From positions 288,001 through 352,000 of the forward strand of contig CAWJKZ010000019.1 in the NCBI GenBank assembly GCA_963843575.1: a stretch of DNA of 64,000 nt, in the 5' to 3' direction. A program made the translations under genes and the position numbers. Position 1 is the stretch's first letter; each line of letters opens with the position of its first letter. Shown piece by piece: positions 10,788-21,229 of the stretch. The notes under the pieces were generated by a model. That model was given only the letters and a program-made list of their open reading frames with translations. It made no database searches and had not been told where the DNA came from. The DNA is from an uncultured Acidobacteriota bacterium (GTDB lineage: Bacteria > Acidobacteriota > UBA6911).

Positions 10788-11319
10788 AACTCGATCCGTT
10801 TTCTGCGGCTTGTAACCGCGCACAAAGAGACCCGCCGGGGGAGGGTCCGGGCTGAAACGATGAGGCGATCCGGGCGAGGAAGTCTGAGAGCATGCCTTTT
10901 GCGGAACGCCAGCAGGCGAAATGCCGGCCCTTGGGGAATTCCCATTCCTGCCATGACTCTCGAGGCCCCAAACCTCACGAGCAACGCAGAGAGCGCCCGT
11001 AATCCGCATGCGCGCGGCCCCTGCAATCCCCGGATAGGCTCCTGGGCTCTTTCCAGGTCAAACCCCGGCACTTGCCTAGTTCTCTTTCAAGTTGCTCCCT
11101 GTTAATTTAGAACCCGTGGATGTTGGAAGATTCGGGCGACTTGCGACAATGAGCCGTTTGTGTCTCCAGTGGTTCCAACGGCGGTATGTTGGATCGCAGT
11201 TTCCCGCTGTCCAAGTCCCGAAACTGGAATGACTCCGGTTTGGACAAAAGTGTGCGGATGAAGAGGGACGGAACATCGTCTCGTCACTGGGGGCGCTCCG
11301 CCATCAGAGGGAGGCTGTT

Positions 11320-11976
11320 ATGGAGAACAAAAAGACCCAGCCTGTCGATTGGGAAGCTCTGCTCAACGGCATCACACGGGGGAAGACCGTTCTGGAATGT
11401 GGGGCGGACCGCAAGATCTTCCGACAAGGACAACCTGCGGATTCCCTATTCTACCTGCGGCGAGGCAAGGTGAAGCTCTCAGTAATATCCCAACAGGGCA
11501 AAGAAGCGATTGTCGCTATTCTGAGCGCCGGTGAGTTTTTCGGCGAGGGGGGCCTTGCCGGTCAACCACTGCGTATGGCATCGGCTGTTGCGATGACAGA
11601 TTGCACCATTGACAAGATTGAGAAGTCGGTGATGACGCGAATGCTTCACGAACAGCACGACGTCTCGGAATTGTTTGTCAAGCATCTGCTTTCACGCAAC
11701 GTCCGATACGAAGCTGATCTCGTGGACCAGCTTTTCAACTCGAGCGAAAAGCGGCTGGCTCGGATTCTCTTGCTGCTTTCCCATTTCGGCAAGGAAAGCA
11801 GGGCTGAACCTGTAATTCCCAGAGTGAATCAGGATACCTTGGCACAAATGGTCGGCACGACCCGGTCGCGCATCAGTCATTTCATGAACAGGTTCAGGGA
11901 GCATGGCTTTATCGAGTACGACGACGTCGGATTGACCGTCCACAGCAGCCTACTAAGCGTGGTACTCCACGATTAA
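11320..11976 (+). CDS. Crp/Fnr family transcriptional regulator
   Basis: cNMP-binding domain (GEFFGE...PLRMASA), 'SSEKRLARILL' and HTH 'QDTLAQMVGTTRSRISHFMNRFR'; GGAGG RBS. Confidence 0.92.
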   Translation: MENKKTQPVDWEALLNGITRGKTVLECGADRKIFRQGQPADSLFYLRRGKVKLSVISQQGKEAIVAILSAGEFFGEGGLAGQPLRMASAVAMTDCTIDKIEKSVMTRMLHEQHDVSELFVKHLLSRNVRYEADLVDQLFNSSEKRLARILLLLSHFGKESRAEPVIPRVNQDTLAQMVGTTRSRISHFMNRFREHGFIEYDDVGLTVHSSLLSVVLHD

Positions 11977-12175
11977 GGGTCCCGGGCCGTGCGTGACATC
12001 CTGTAACCACGCAATATCTTCCGATCAAAGCCGTCAGCAACAGCAAAGCACTCATGCCAGAGACTGGAAACCAAGTGACTTTGCACGCCTGAGACTGCAT
12101 GTCGACTGTGCTGCCAAAGCGGAACGCGGGAATTGAAGGGGCTCCATACTAAACGGAACAGGAGCGCGTCGACCT

Positions 12176-13916
12176 ATGGCTAAGAAGTCTAGACTCCCGA
12201 TGGACGGCATTTCGAAATGCCCAACTGGAATCCAGGGTCTCGACGAGGTTATGTTCGGCGGTCTGCCGAGAGGGCGGCCCACTCTTGTGTGTGGCGGCGC
12301 AGGCTGCGGAAAGACACTGCTAGGCATGGAATTTCTGGTGCGCGGAGCAACACAGTACAACGAGCCCGGGGTGTGCGTCTCATTTGAAGAAACCGCCGAG
12401 GAACTCGCGCACAACGTGGGATCGCTCGGCTTCGACGTCAATGCACTCATTTCGCAAAAGAAGCTGGCCATCGACTACGTTCACATGGAACGCAGCCTCA
12501 TTGAGGAAACGGGTGAGTACGACCTGGAGGCGCTATTCGTTCGGCTCGGTCAAGCCGTGGACTCCATTGGAGCGAAGCGGGTAGTGCTCGACAGCATCGA
12601 GTCGCTGTTCGCCAGCCTCGCAAACGAAGCAATTCTGCGTTCGGAACTTAGGCGTCTGTTTCGTTGGCTCAAGGACAAAAAACTCACGTCGGTAGTCACT
12701 GGCGAGCGCAGCGAGGGCGGGCTCACGCGCCATGGCCTGGAAGAGTACATTTCAGATTGCGTCATCCTACTCGATCACCGGGTGACGGAAACCGTTTTCA
12801 CGCGGCGTCTGCGCGTTGTCAAATACCGAGGCTCGACGCACGGGACGAACGAGTACCCATTCCTCATCGACCACGACGGTATCTCGGTTCTGCCCGTAAC
12901 CTCCATTGACCTGAAGCATGCCGTCTCCAACGAGCGGATTTCGACCGGCATTCCCGCGCTGGACAGCATGCTCGGCGGCAAAGGCTACTTCCGGGGAAGC
13001 AGCATCCTCATCTCCGGCACGGCTGGCACAGGGAAAACCAGTGTGGCCGCTCATTTTGCTGACGCCGCATGCGCCCGCGGAGAGCGATGTATCATTTTTT
13101 CTTTCGAAGAATCCGCCGACCAGGTGATACGCAACATGCGGTCGATCGGCATCAACCTGGGCCGTTGGATCAATAAAGGCCTGCTGCAGTTTCACGCCGC
13201 ACGACCGACCACGTCCGGTCTCGAAATGCATCTTGTCAAAATGCACAAGATCATCGGGAGCTTCGATCCGCGCATCGTGGTGGTGGACCCGGTGACCGGA
13301 TTGACAGACTCCGGCACCCAGGCCGAGACCCGAAGCATGCTGCTGCGTCTGGTAGATTTCTTGAAGGAAAAGCAGATCACGGCTTTGATGACGACACTGA
13401 CCGACGGAGAGGCTGCGCAGGAGCAGACTGAGGTTAACATCTCCTCACTGGTGGACACGTGGCTGCTGCTGCGTGACATCGAGAGCGGCGGTGAGCGTAA
13501 CCGGGGCCTCTACATCCTCAAGTCCAGGGGCGCGGCTCACTCGAACCAAATTCGCGAATTCCTCTTGACCGATCGTGGCGTGGAGCTTCGAAATGTCTAC
13601 CTCGGTGAGACCGGTCTGCTCACCGGCTCGGCTCGAGTTGCCCAGGAGGCCAAGGACGCTGCGCAGGCGCTGCTCGCTGAGCAGGAGATCGAAACCAAGC
13701 AGTGCGCACTCGATCGCAGGCGGAAGGCGATCGAGGCCCAAATGGACCTCCTCCGGACTGGAACTGCAGACCGAAGCGGAAGAATCGAGGCGGCTCATCG
13801 CACAGGAGCAGGTGAAGCTGAAGAAGTGGGAGCAGGCCCAAGGTAAAATGGCGCAGAGCCGGGCATTGAACGAGGGTACTCGGGGCAGGGAACGTAAAAA
13901 GCGCAAGAGCGAGTGA
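12176..13916 (+). CDS. kaiC: Circadian clock protein KaiC (double domain, C-terminal coiled coil; frameshift near 13755)
   Basis: Two RecA-like domains with Walker A GGAGCGKT and GTAGTGKT, and SFEE motifs. Phosphosite region 'ISSLVDTW'. The tail continues in the 13575 frame to the stop at 13916. Confidence 0.92.
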
Positions 13917-13925
13917 GGACCGGAG

Positions 13926-14253
13926 ATGAAAAGAGTCAGCGACACGTACAGTTCGAGAAAGGAAAAACTCCAAGAAACCAACATGGGAGTTGAGGCTTTA
14001 TGTCGCGGGACAGACTGCAAGATCGTTGCAGGCATTCGCCAATCTGAAGCGGATCTGCGAGGAATACCTTGATGGCAGATATCAGATTGAGGTCGTTGAT
14101 CTAATGAAAAACCCGGAACTCGCCAAGGGCGACCAGATTTTCGCGCTTCCGACTCTCGTGCGGAAGCTTCCGGAGCCGGTCCGGAAGATCATTGGGGATC
14201 TGTCGAATACCGAACGTGTACTGGTTGGCCTCGATCTGCGCCCACGCGCCTGA
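13926..14253 (+). CDS. kaiB: KaiB protein, copy 1
   Basis: '[14 protein letters not shown]...[29 protein letters not shown]'. ATG 13926 after GGAG is one base out of frame (A-run), so the ORF track starts at 13990. Confidence 0.9.
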
Positions 14254-14261
14254 GGAATGTC

Positions 14262-14621
14262 GTGAAACGAAAAAGCCGGAAAATTCATGACGCAGCGAAA
14301 GAATTTGAGGAAGCTCTTTCCCGGCAGCCTGTTGCGGGGCGCTACGTTTTGTCGCTGTTCGTAACCGGCAGCACTCCGAAATCGCTTCGTGCGATTAGGA
14401 ATATCCGAGCCCTGTGTGAAGAGAAGCTGTCGGGCTGTTACGAACTCAAGGTAATCGATATCTACCAACATCCTGAAAAAATCAAGTCGGAGCAGATTGT
14501 CGTCACGCCGACGCTGGTAAGAAAGCTGCCGGTCCCGTTGCGCAAACTGATCGGGGATCTGTCGAATAAGGATCGATTACTTCTGGGGCTGGATATTGTT
14601 CTCGGGCAGGCTGCGCTATAG
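14262..14621 (+). CDS. kaiB: KaiB protein, copy 2
   Basis: 'YVLSLFVTGSTPKS...VIDIYQHP...[19 protein letters not shown]'. Confidence 0.9.
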   Translation: MKRKSRKIHDAAKEFEEALSRQPVAGRYVLSLFVTGSTPKSLRAIRNIRALCEEKLSGCYELKVIDIYQHPEKIKSEQIVVTPTLVRKLPVPLRKLIGDLSNKDRLLLGLDIVLGQAAL

Positions 14622-14646
14622 GCGCAAAATGGCTGGATAAGAGAGT

Positions 14647-15825
14647 ATGGCACGAAAGCGTCGGGACCGACTCGACGACGCCGAAGAAATCCTGGGCGCG
14701 CTGCGAAGCGGAGAAGTAGACGCGATTGTGGCCTCAGGTTCCGACGGCGATCGCGTCTATACGCTGAAAGGAGCCGATGAAGCATACCGGCTCATGGTTC
14801 AGAACATGGCGGGAGGCGCTCTCACCGTCGCGTCGGACGGCCTTATCCTTTTCGCAAACGAGAAAGTAGCCTCCATTCTCGCGATCCCGCACGAGCGCGT
14901 GGTCGGTTCCAGTTTCGGGGATTTCATTTTTCCGGAGGATGCCGACATATTTTCGGCACTCCTCACCCGCGAACTTGGGGTCGCTGCAAAAGGCGAAGTG
15001 CGGTTGAAAACGCCCGGCGGTGTGCTGGTGCCGGTGTCTCTGTCTGTCAATTTCCTAGCGCTTGACGGAGTCGATTGTTTTTGCGTCATTGTTGCGGATC
15101 TTACCGACCAGAAAAAGAACGAAGAGGTCCTGCGCGCGCTCTCGGCTCGCCTGCTTCACGTCCAGGATGAAGATCGACGCCTCATCGCGCGTGGGCTGCA
15201 TGATGGCGCCTTCCAACGCCTCGCCGCCCTGGAATTCAAGCTGAACCTCGTCGGCCAGGCATCCCGCGAACTGGCACCGGCCGCCCAAAGGCACCTCACT
15301 GAGTGTCTGGATCTGGTAGGCCAATGCTGCAGGGATCTCTGCAATCTTGCCTACCTGATCCAACCACCGTTGCTGGAGGAACAAGGATTGGGCCCCGCGC
15401 TCCGGGCCTATGTCAACGGCTTCAACCGGAGGCTCGGTCCGCAGGTCAGCCTCAATTTCCCCAGCCGGCGGCGCAGGCTCCCCGTCGATGCGGAAACAAC
15501 CTTGTTTCGCATTGCACAGGAAGCGCTGACCAATATTGAACGCCATTCGGGCAGTGCGACTGCCGAAATAGTTTTCCGCAGGAAGCGCGGTGAAGTCCTC
15601 CTCGAGGTCGTTGACCACGGCTGCGGCATCTCCGAGGAAAGTCTGAGGAACTTGAACGGAGGTACGGCCTTGCCTGGTATCGGGATCGCCGGGATGCGGG
15701 AGCGTGTTCGGCTACTCGGCGGCCTCATGGAAATGTCCTCCGGCTCCGGCCGCACCACGGTGAGGGTAAGACTTCCGATAAAACGCCGCGGCTCAACAGT
15801 CAGTCTGCGTGACCGCCTCGCATAG
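14647..15825 (+). CDS. PAS-domain sensor histidine kinase (HisKA_3/NarX-like)
   Basis: PAS domain; H-box 'RRLIARGLHD'; 'FRIAQEALTNIERH', 'DHGCG' and 'GIGIAGMRER'. No TM segment. Confidence 0.88.
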   Translation: MARKRRDRLDDAEEILGALRSGEVDAIVASGSDGDRVYTLKGADEAYRLMVQNMAGGALTVASDGLILFANEKVASILAIPHERVVGSSFGDFIFPEDADIFSALLTRELGVAAKGEVRLKTPGGVLVPVSLSVNFLALDGVDCFCVIVADLTDQKKNEEVLRALSARLLHVQDEDRRLIARGLHDGAFQRLAALEFKLNLVGQASRELAPAAQRHLTECLDLVGQCCRDLCNLAYLIQPPLLEEQGLGPALRAYVNGFNRRLGPQVSLNFPSRRRRLPVDAETTLFRIAQEALTNIERHSGSATAEIVFRRKRGEVLLEVVDHGCGISEESLRNLNGGTALPGIGIAGMRERVRLLGGLMEMSSGSGRTTVRVRLPIKRRGSTVSLRDRLA

Positions 15826-15834
15826 GGAAGCGTG

Positions 15835-15861
15835 ATATCCCGCCCAAAAAGCGGCGGGATA
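15835..15861 (+). terminator. Hairpin after the kai-HK operon
   Basis: ATATCCCGCC...GGCGGGATAT 10-bp inverted repeat; no U-tract. Confidence 0.45.
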
Positions 15862-15970
15862 TGAGAAGCCAGAAGTCAGGAGCCAGAAGCCAGAGTAATC
15901 GTGGCAGCACTGGAACATCGGCTGTTCGATCCTGCGACAGCCCGAACCGAGTCCCCCTCTAAGACCGGGC

Positions 15971-16036
15971 TGAGCACTATTGACCAGATCTGTGAGCAGT
16001 ACCGGACAGACGCGCCACTTACCCCCAGAGTATAAA
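15971..16036 (+). promoter_or_regulatory. Island promoter motif copy P5
   Basis: TGAGCACTATTGACC-N7-TGAGCAGTACCGGAC/AGACG-N18-TATAAA. Confidence 0.85.
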
Positions 16037-16191
16037 TAAGGTTGAGGAAAGATGTGACGGGTGACCCAACTGAAGCGAATCTTGCTGAATGCAACCGCGC
16101 AGGTGGAACAGAGCTGGGACGACACGGCTTACTCGATCGGGTACAGGTTAGAGTCAAGAGGGGAAAGAGGTTAGGACAAGGAGAGCGCAAC

Positions 16192-16794
16192 ATGGCCCAA
16201 AAACACACTGCAGTGCTTGGTATCTACACGAGTTATTCGAGCGTGGAGAACGCTGTCGATATCTTGAAGGAGGCTGGGTTTAGGAACAGCGATATTTCCG
16301 TCCTATTTCCTGAAAAGGCAGGCTCCAAGGAGTTTGCCCACAGCAAGGGCACCAGGGCTCCCGAGGGCGCTGCCGCAGGCGCCGGAACGGGTGCGGTGCT
16401 GGGTGGTGCGCTGGGATGGTTGGTGGGCACCGGCGCTCTTGCGATACCGGGCTTAGGTCTCGTTATCGCGGCCGGTCCCATCATGGCGGCCCTTGCCGGA
16501 ATTGGCGTGGGCGGCGCAGTAGGAGGGATAACGGGCGCACTGATCGGCTTAGGGATACCCGAACACGAAGCCAAGCGATATGAAGTCCGGGTAAAAGAAG
16601 GCGGAATCCTCCTCTCGGTGCATTCGGACAATTCCGACTGGACGAAGCGCGCCAGGGAGATCCTGGAGAGGACGGGTGCGCAGGATATTTCATCCACCGG
16701 AGAAGCCTCCGTAAACTACATCAGAAGCGGTGGGCCGCTTTCAGCCGGTACGACCACGGGTCGCGCATTGGAATCAGCGACGCCTAAGGACTGA
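16192..16794 (+). CDS. General stress protein (YflT/DUF3341-like membrane protein)
   Basis: AGGAG RBS; 'AVLGIY...GFRNSDISVL...GALAIPGLG...AAGPI...GIPEHEAKRYE...GGILLSVH'. Confidence 0.8.
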   Translation: MAQKHTAVLGIYTSYSSVENAVDILKEAGFRNSDISVLFPEKAGSKEFAHSKGTRAPEGAAAGAGTGAVLGGALGWLVGTGALAIPGLGLVIAAGPIMAALAGIGVGGAVGGITGALIGLGIPEHEAKRYEVRVKEGGILLSVHSDNSDWTKRAREILERTGAQDISSTGEASVNYIRSGGPLSAGTTTGRALESATPKD

Positions 16795-16847
16795 GGTAAG
16801 GTCATATTCGTGATCATCAACAATATGAGACTATGCTGAGGTAAGAA

Positions 16848-16928
16848 ATGGAAACCATCTTGATTGTGCTTTTGGTGTTGTTATTGTTAGGCGGGGGGGG
16901 CTGGGGATACTCCCGCTGGCGCCGGTAG
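16848..16928 (+). CDS. 26-aa single-TM microprotein (DUF3309-like)
   Basis: GAGG RBS; METILIVLLVLLLLGGGGWGYSRWRR*. A paralog lies at 34761-34847. Not in the ORF track. Confidence 0.8.
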   Translation: METILIVLLVLLLLGGGGWGYSRWRR

Positions 16929-17026
16929 TGCCCACGCTATGGACCTGGCTGGCAGTTACGCCTTTTCGTGTATCTGCTTTCACCCGGGCGGACTATTTGA
17001 TGCTTAATGCCGCAAAAGGGAAATCT

Positions 17027-17431
17027 ATGAGACGAGAAGTGGGCCTTTGGATTGACCACAGGAAGTCGGTTATTGTCAATGTTACTGACGACGGGGAAGA
17101 GACGAGCGTGATCGAATCAGGCATGGAGAAGCACGTCCGATATTCTGGTGCGGCACAGGAGGACTCGGCAGAAGACCAACGAGACACACGCTTCACGGGC
17201 CACCTCAACAAATACTATGATCATGTAATATCGCGTATTCGCGACGCGGAATCCATCCTGATCCTTGGTCCCGGTGAAGCAAAGGTAGAGCTCGAAACAC
17301 GTCTGGCGGGGGAAGGGCTCACAGGGCGCATAGTTGGTGTTGAAACCGCCGACAAGATGACGGATCGACAGATTGCCGCGAGAGTCCGCCAGCAATTTCC
17401 AGAACGAAGTCATCAAGGATCGCAAATATAG
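17027..17431 (+). CDS. eRF1-domain-like / host-attachment-like small protein
   Basis: 'VGLWIDHRKSVIV...ESILILGPGEAKVEL...VETADKMTDRQIAA'. Confidence 0.65.
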   Translation: MRREVGLWIDHRKSVIVNVTDDGEETSVIESGMEKHVRYSGAAQEDSAEDQRDTRFTGHLNKYYDHVISRIRDAESILILGPGEAKVELETRLAGEGLTGRIVGVETADKMTDRQIAARVRQQFPERSHQGSQI

Positions 17432-17456
17432 CCGGGGGTCCTTGTTCGGTGATGTT

Positions 17457-18932
17457 ATGACGCAGGCCGATGACAGGCAACATCGCTCTATCTTAAAGGG
17501 CATCGCCCGGCGGGCGATGCTCGAGAGGGGTCTACTTCCTGATTTCGCGCCCCTGGCACTGGCCGAGCTCGACGAAATCAAGGGCCCCGCAATTCGAGCC
17601 GATGAATCGACACGAGATCTCCGGCACCTTGCCTGGTGTTCCATAGATAACGACGATTCTCGTGATTTGGATCAGCTCACCGTGGCCGAAGCCTTGCCTG
17701 GGGAAAGGGCAAGAATTCTCGTGGCGATTGCCGATGTCGACGCGATCGTCAAAGTGAAATCGGCGCTTGACGATCATGCGCGACACAACACCACATCGGT
17801 ATACACTGGTGCTGAGACGTTTCCAATGTTGCCCGAGAGACTCTCAACCGATCTTACGTCTCTAAACTATGAGTCAGATCGTCTCGCCATCGTTGTTGAA
17901 ATGGTTATCGCCGGTGATGGAACGCTTCAGGATTCGGACCTCTATGGGGCGGCGGTCCGCAATCATGCGAAGCTCGCCTACAATAGCGTAGGGGGCTGGC
18001 TGGAGGGTAACGGCCCGATGCCGCCGGCGATAGGTCCAGTCAGCGGTCTCGATGAGGAACTCCGGCTGCAAGATCGCGTGGCCCGTAAGCTGAAGGCTCT
18101 CCGCCACACGCAGGGCGCGCTGAATCTCGAGACCATCAAAGCACGGCCGCTATTTGAAGGGGATAAGCTCAAGGACTACGAGGCCGAAATAAAGAGCCGG
18201 GCCAACGATATTATTGAAGATTTCATGATTGCCGCAAACGGCGTTACCGCACGATATCTCGCGGCCAAAATGTTCCCGTCGATGCGGCGCGTTGTGCGCA
18301 CACCCAAACGGTGGGACCGGATCATCGAGCTTGCCTCAGAGCGGGGCTTCACGCTGCCCCAGAATCCCGACTCCAAGGCACTGGAGCTATTCCTGGCGGT
18401 GACGAAGACCGCCGATCCCCTCCGTTTTCCCGATCTTTCTCTCAGCGTGATCAAACTAATGGGCGCCGGTGAATACGTCGTTGAACTTCCGGGAGAGAGC
18501 GCGGCCGGGCACTTTGGTCTTGCCGTCAAGGATTATAATCACTCTACAGCCCCCAACCGCAGATACCCCGATCTGATCACGCAACGGCTGCTGAAGGCAG
18601 CCATGGCCGGACGTGCCGTGCCCTATGAGAATGATGAGTTGCAGGCGCTCGCTAAGCACTGCACGGAAGAAGAGGACGCAGCGAAGAAGGTCGAACGGCA
18701 GGTTGAAAAATCGGCAGCGGCCCTGCTGCTGGAATCGAGGATCGGGGAACGATTCGATGCTCTGGTCACCGGCGCATCCGACAAGGGTACGTGGGTCCGT
18801 CTGCTGCAGCCGCCCGTTGAAGGAAGACTGGTTAGCGGCTTTCAAGGCCTGGACGTCGGTCATAGGCTCCGCGTGCAGTTGACCCGCACCGATGTGGAAC
18901 GCGGATACATCGATTTTACGGGAGTGGGTTAA
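17457..18932 (+). CDS. RNB-domain exoribonuclease (RNase II/R family, short form)
   Basis: 'SIDNDDSRDLDQ', 'IEDFMIAAN', 'HFGLA...HSTAPNRRYPDL' and a C-terminal S1-like domain. Confidence 0.88.
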   Translation: MTQADDRQHRSILKGIARRAMLERGLLPDFAPLALAELDEIKGPAIRADESTRDLRHLAWCSIDNDDSRDLDQLTVAEALPGERARILVAIADVDAIVKVKSALDDHARHNTTSVYTGAETFPMLPERLSTDLTSLNYESDRLAIVVEMVIAGDGTLQDSDLYGAAVRNHAKLAYNSVGGWLEGNGPMPPAIGPVSGLDEELRLQDRVARKLKALRHTQGALNLETIKARPLFEGDKLKDYEAEIKSRANDIIEDFMIAANGVTARYLAAKMFPSMRRVVRTPKRWDRIIELASERGFTLPQNPDSKALELFLAVTKTADPLRFPDLSLSVIKLMGAGEYVVELPGESAAGHFGLAVKDYNHSTAPNRRYPDLITQRLLKAAMAGRAVPYENDELQALAKHCTEEEDAAKKVERQVEKSAAALLLESRIGERFDALVTGASDKGTWVRLLQPPVEGRLVSGFQGLDVGHRLRVQLTRTDVERGYIDFTGVG

Positions 18933-19121
18933 TCGTGACCCGGAAGTGAAACGGGAATTCACGGAGAAGATTCTCGATGCGTCGGGTTGAACAGGGTCTG
19001 CGGGTTAGCCCCCGCGGACAGAACGGTCTTTGACGAGAGGGACCCAAAACCGCGATAGGGGATGTCGAGCCTGAATGAGACTCGCAGTCTCCCCGAATTC
19101 GACGGTGTGAGCAGGAGCATT

Positions 19122-19742
19122 ATGAACTGGCGCGCGCTTGTCTTTGCTGTGACTATTGGCACACTCTGCATCTCGTGCGGTGTAAGGGTACCGGGAACCG
19201 ATGTCAGGGCCGACTCGGAGAAGCACTCTGGCAAGAGTGCTCGACGGGGGACCGGTGTTCACAACCTCACAATGCCGGCCGGCACCGTCTTGAGAGTCCG
19301 CATCGACGATGCGCTGTCCACCCGGGAAAGCAGTCCCGGGGATCCATTTACCGGATCGTTGGTTGAGCCGGTGGTGATGAATGGGGAAGAAGTTCTTGCA
19401 GCCGGAACTAGGTTCAAAGGACACGTGACGACTTCGGTCAGACCGAGCCGCCTTCAGGGTCGGGCAGCCCTCGGCTTCACGCTGGACCGTTATGAAATGA
19501 GAGGCTCCCAACACCCGGTGAGCGCGGTTCTCGATACTCAAACGAGCGATGCTCACAAGCAGCAGAACATCGAACTGATCGGTGGCGGAGCGGGGCTGGG
19601 CGCATTGGTTTGTGCCGTTGTTCGAAGAGGCCAGGGCGCTGCGATCGGTACAGGAGCGGCGTATACCGCCGGAAAGGGAGGCGTAACCATCGCCGCCGAC
19701 ACGGTGTTCAGTTTTGTTTTGAAAGTTCCAGTCCCATTGTGA
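19122..19742 (+). CDS. Putative lipoprotein, paralog of the 10182 glycine-zipper protein
   Basis: AGGAG RBS; lipobox-like 'LCISC'; shortened glycine zipper 'GGGAGLGAL...GAAIGTGAA'. Confidence 0.7.
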   Translation: MNWRALVFAVTIGTLCISCGVRVPGTDVRADSEKHSGKSARRGTGVHNLTMPAGTVLRVRIDDALSTRESSPGDPFTGSLVEPVVMNGEEVLAAGTRFKGHVTTSVRPSRLQGRAALGFTLDRYEMRGSQHPVSAVLDTQTSDAHKQQNIELIGGGAGLGALVCAVVRRGQGAAIGTGAAYTAGKGGVTIAADTVFSFVLKVPVPL

Positions 19743-19934
19743 AAGGTAATTTTCGCGGTCAACGATTCCCCGAGCCGCCCCGCACCGGGGTAAGCCTCAC
19801 GGCTTGATCTGTTAATCCTGGATCAAAGGATGCGAAGCACAGTATCGGTGGACTCTGAGTCCCGTTCAACAAGGTTCAAGCACATGGCGTCTTCGGTGTT
19901 TTCACTAAACGTCAGACATCAGGGTGGGGGTTCC

Positions 19935-21206
19935 GTGTTGCGCCGTGGGTTGACGCTTGTCGTCACCCTGCTGCTGTGCAGTGTGGGCTTGTCCGGATAC
20001 TCTGTTCTCACGCACGAGGAAATCGTGGACCTGCTCTGGACCGATGGAATCCGCCCCCTCCTGCTCAGGCGATATCCGGAATCGTCGGAAGACCAGCTCA
20101 GGGAGGCGCATGCCTACGCCTATGGAGGCGCCGTCATCCAGGATCTCGGCTACTATCCATTCGGCAGCGCGGAATTCAGCAACCTGGCGCATTACGTTCG
20201 CAGCGGAGACTTCGTTCGCGAACTGCGGCTGGAGAGCCAGGATGTCAACGAGTACGCCTTCGCGCTGGGCGCTCTGTCGCACTATGCGTCGGACATTGCC
20301 GGCCACCCGGCTGTCAACCAGGCCGTCGCGATTCAGTATCCGAAGCTGCGGGCGAAGTTTGGCAAATCGGTCAAGTATGCGCAGGACAAGACGGCCCATT
20401 TGAAAACAGAGTTCGGGTTCGACATGGTGCAGGTCGCAAAGAATCGTTATGCGTCGGAGCAGTACCACGATTTCATCGGGTTTAAGGTGTCCAAATCCCT
20501 GCTGGAGCGGGTCTTTCCAATCGTATACGGAGTGGAGTTGAAAGACGTTCTCCCCCACGCGGATCTGGCAATCGGCTCGTATCGTTTCTCTATCAGCCGG
20601 CTGATTCCGGAAATGACCCAGGTCGCGCTGAAAACCCATAAGAAGGACATGATGCGCGAGACGCCTACTCTCGCGAGAAAGAAGTTCCTTTACCGTCTCT
20701 CGCGCTCCGATTATGAAAGGGAGTGGGGAAAGGACTACAGGAAGCCCGGATTCGGCATCCGGATCATGGCAGGCGCTCTTGCGATTCATGCCGAAAATTG
20801 GCCCGTTCAAGGCGCTGGCGTTCAACAACCCTACCCCGCAGACGGAGGAACTGTATTTCAAGAGCATCAACACCACCGTCGATCAATACCGGGCCTTTCT
20901 CGAGGAAGTGCGCACTGATTCACTGCTTCCTCCCAATCGTGATTTGGATGATGGCAGAATGACCAAGCCAGGGGAATACTCGCTGGCGGACAACACGTAT
21001 GCAAAGTTGCTGGCCAGGCTGTCGGAGCGGAAGTTCGATCGGACCACGACGGACCTGCGCGCCGACATCCTGCGCTTTTATTCCGACCTCTCTATTCCGA
21101 TCGAGACGAAAAAGGACAAGGTTCGCTGGCAAGGCGTGCTGACCGGCTGGATCAATTGAAGTCGGTGACTCCCGATCCGGCTCTTGCGCGCGCTCCTGCA
21201 AAGTGA
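19935..21206 (+). CDS. Zinc-dependent phospholipase C family protein (frameshifts near 20770 and 21145)
   Basis: Signal peptide then 'YSVLTHEEIVD', 'QDLGYYPFG' and 'GALSHYASDIAGHP'. Continues in the 20713 frame. Confidence 0.75.
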
Positions 21207-21229
21207 CCTTCATCGCTCGGAAATGAACG

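Noticed and set aside
11150-11190. Possible autoregulatory box upstream of crp (TGAGCCGTTTG...TATGTT)
   Set aside because: Poor match, no distal box and wrong spacing.
15863-15896. AGCCAGA-type heptamer run
   Set aside because: Short degenerate simple repeat; no function can be supported.
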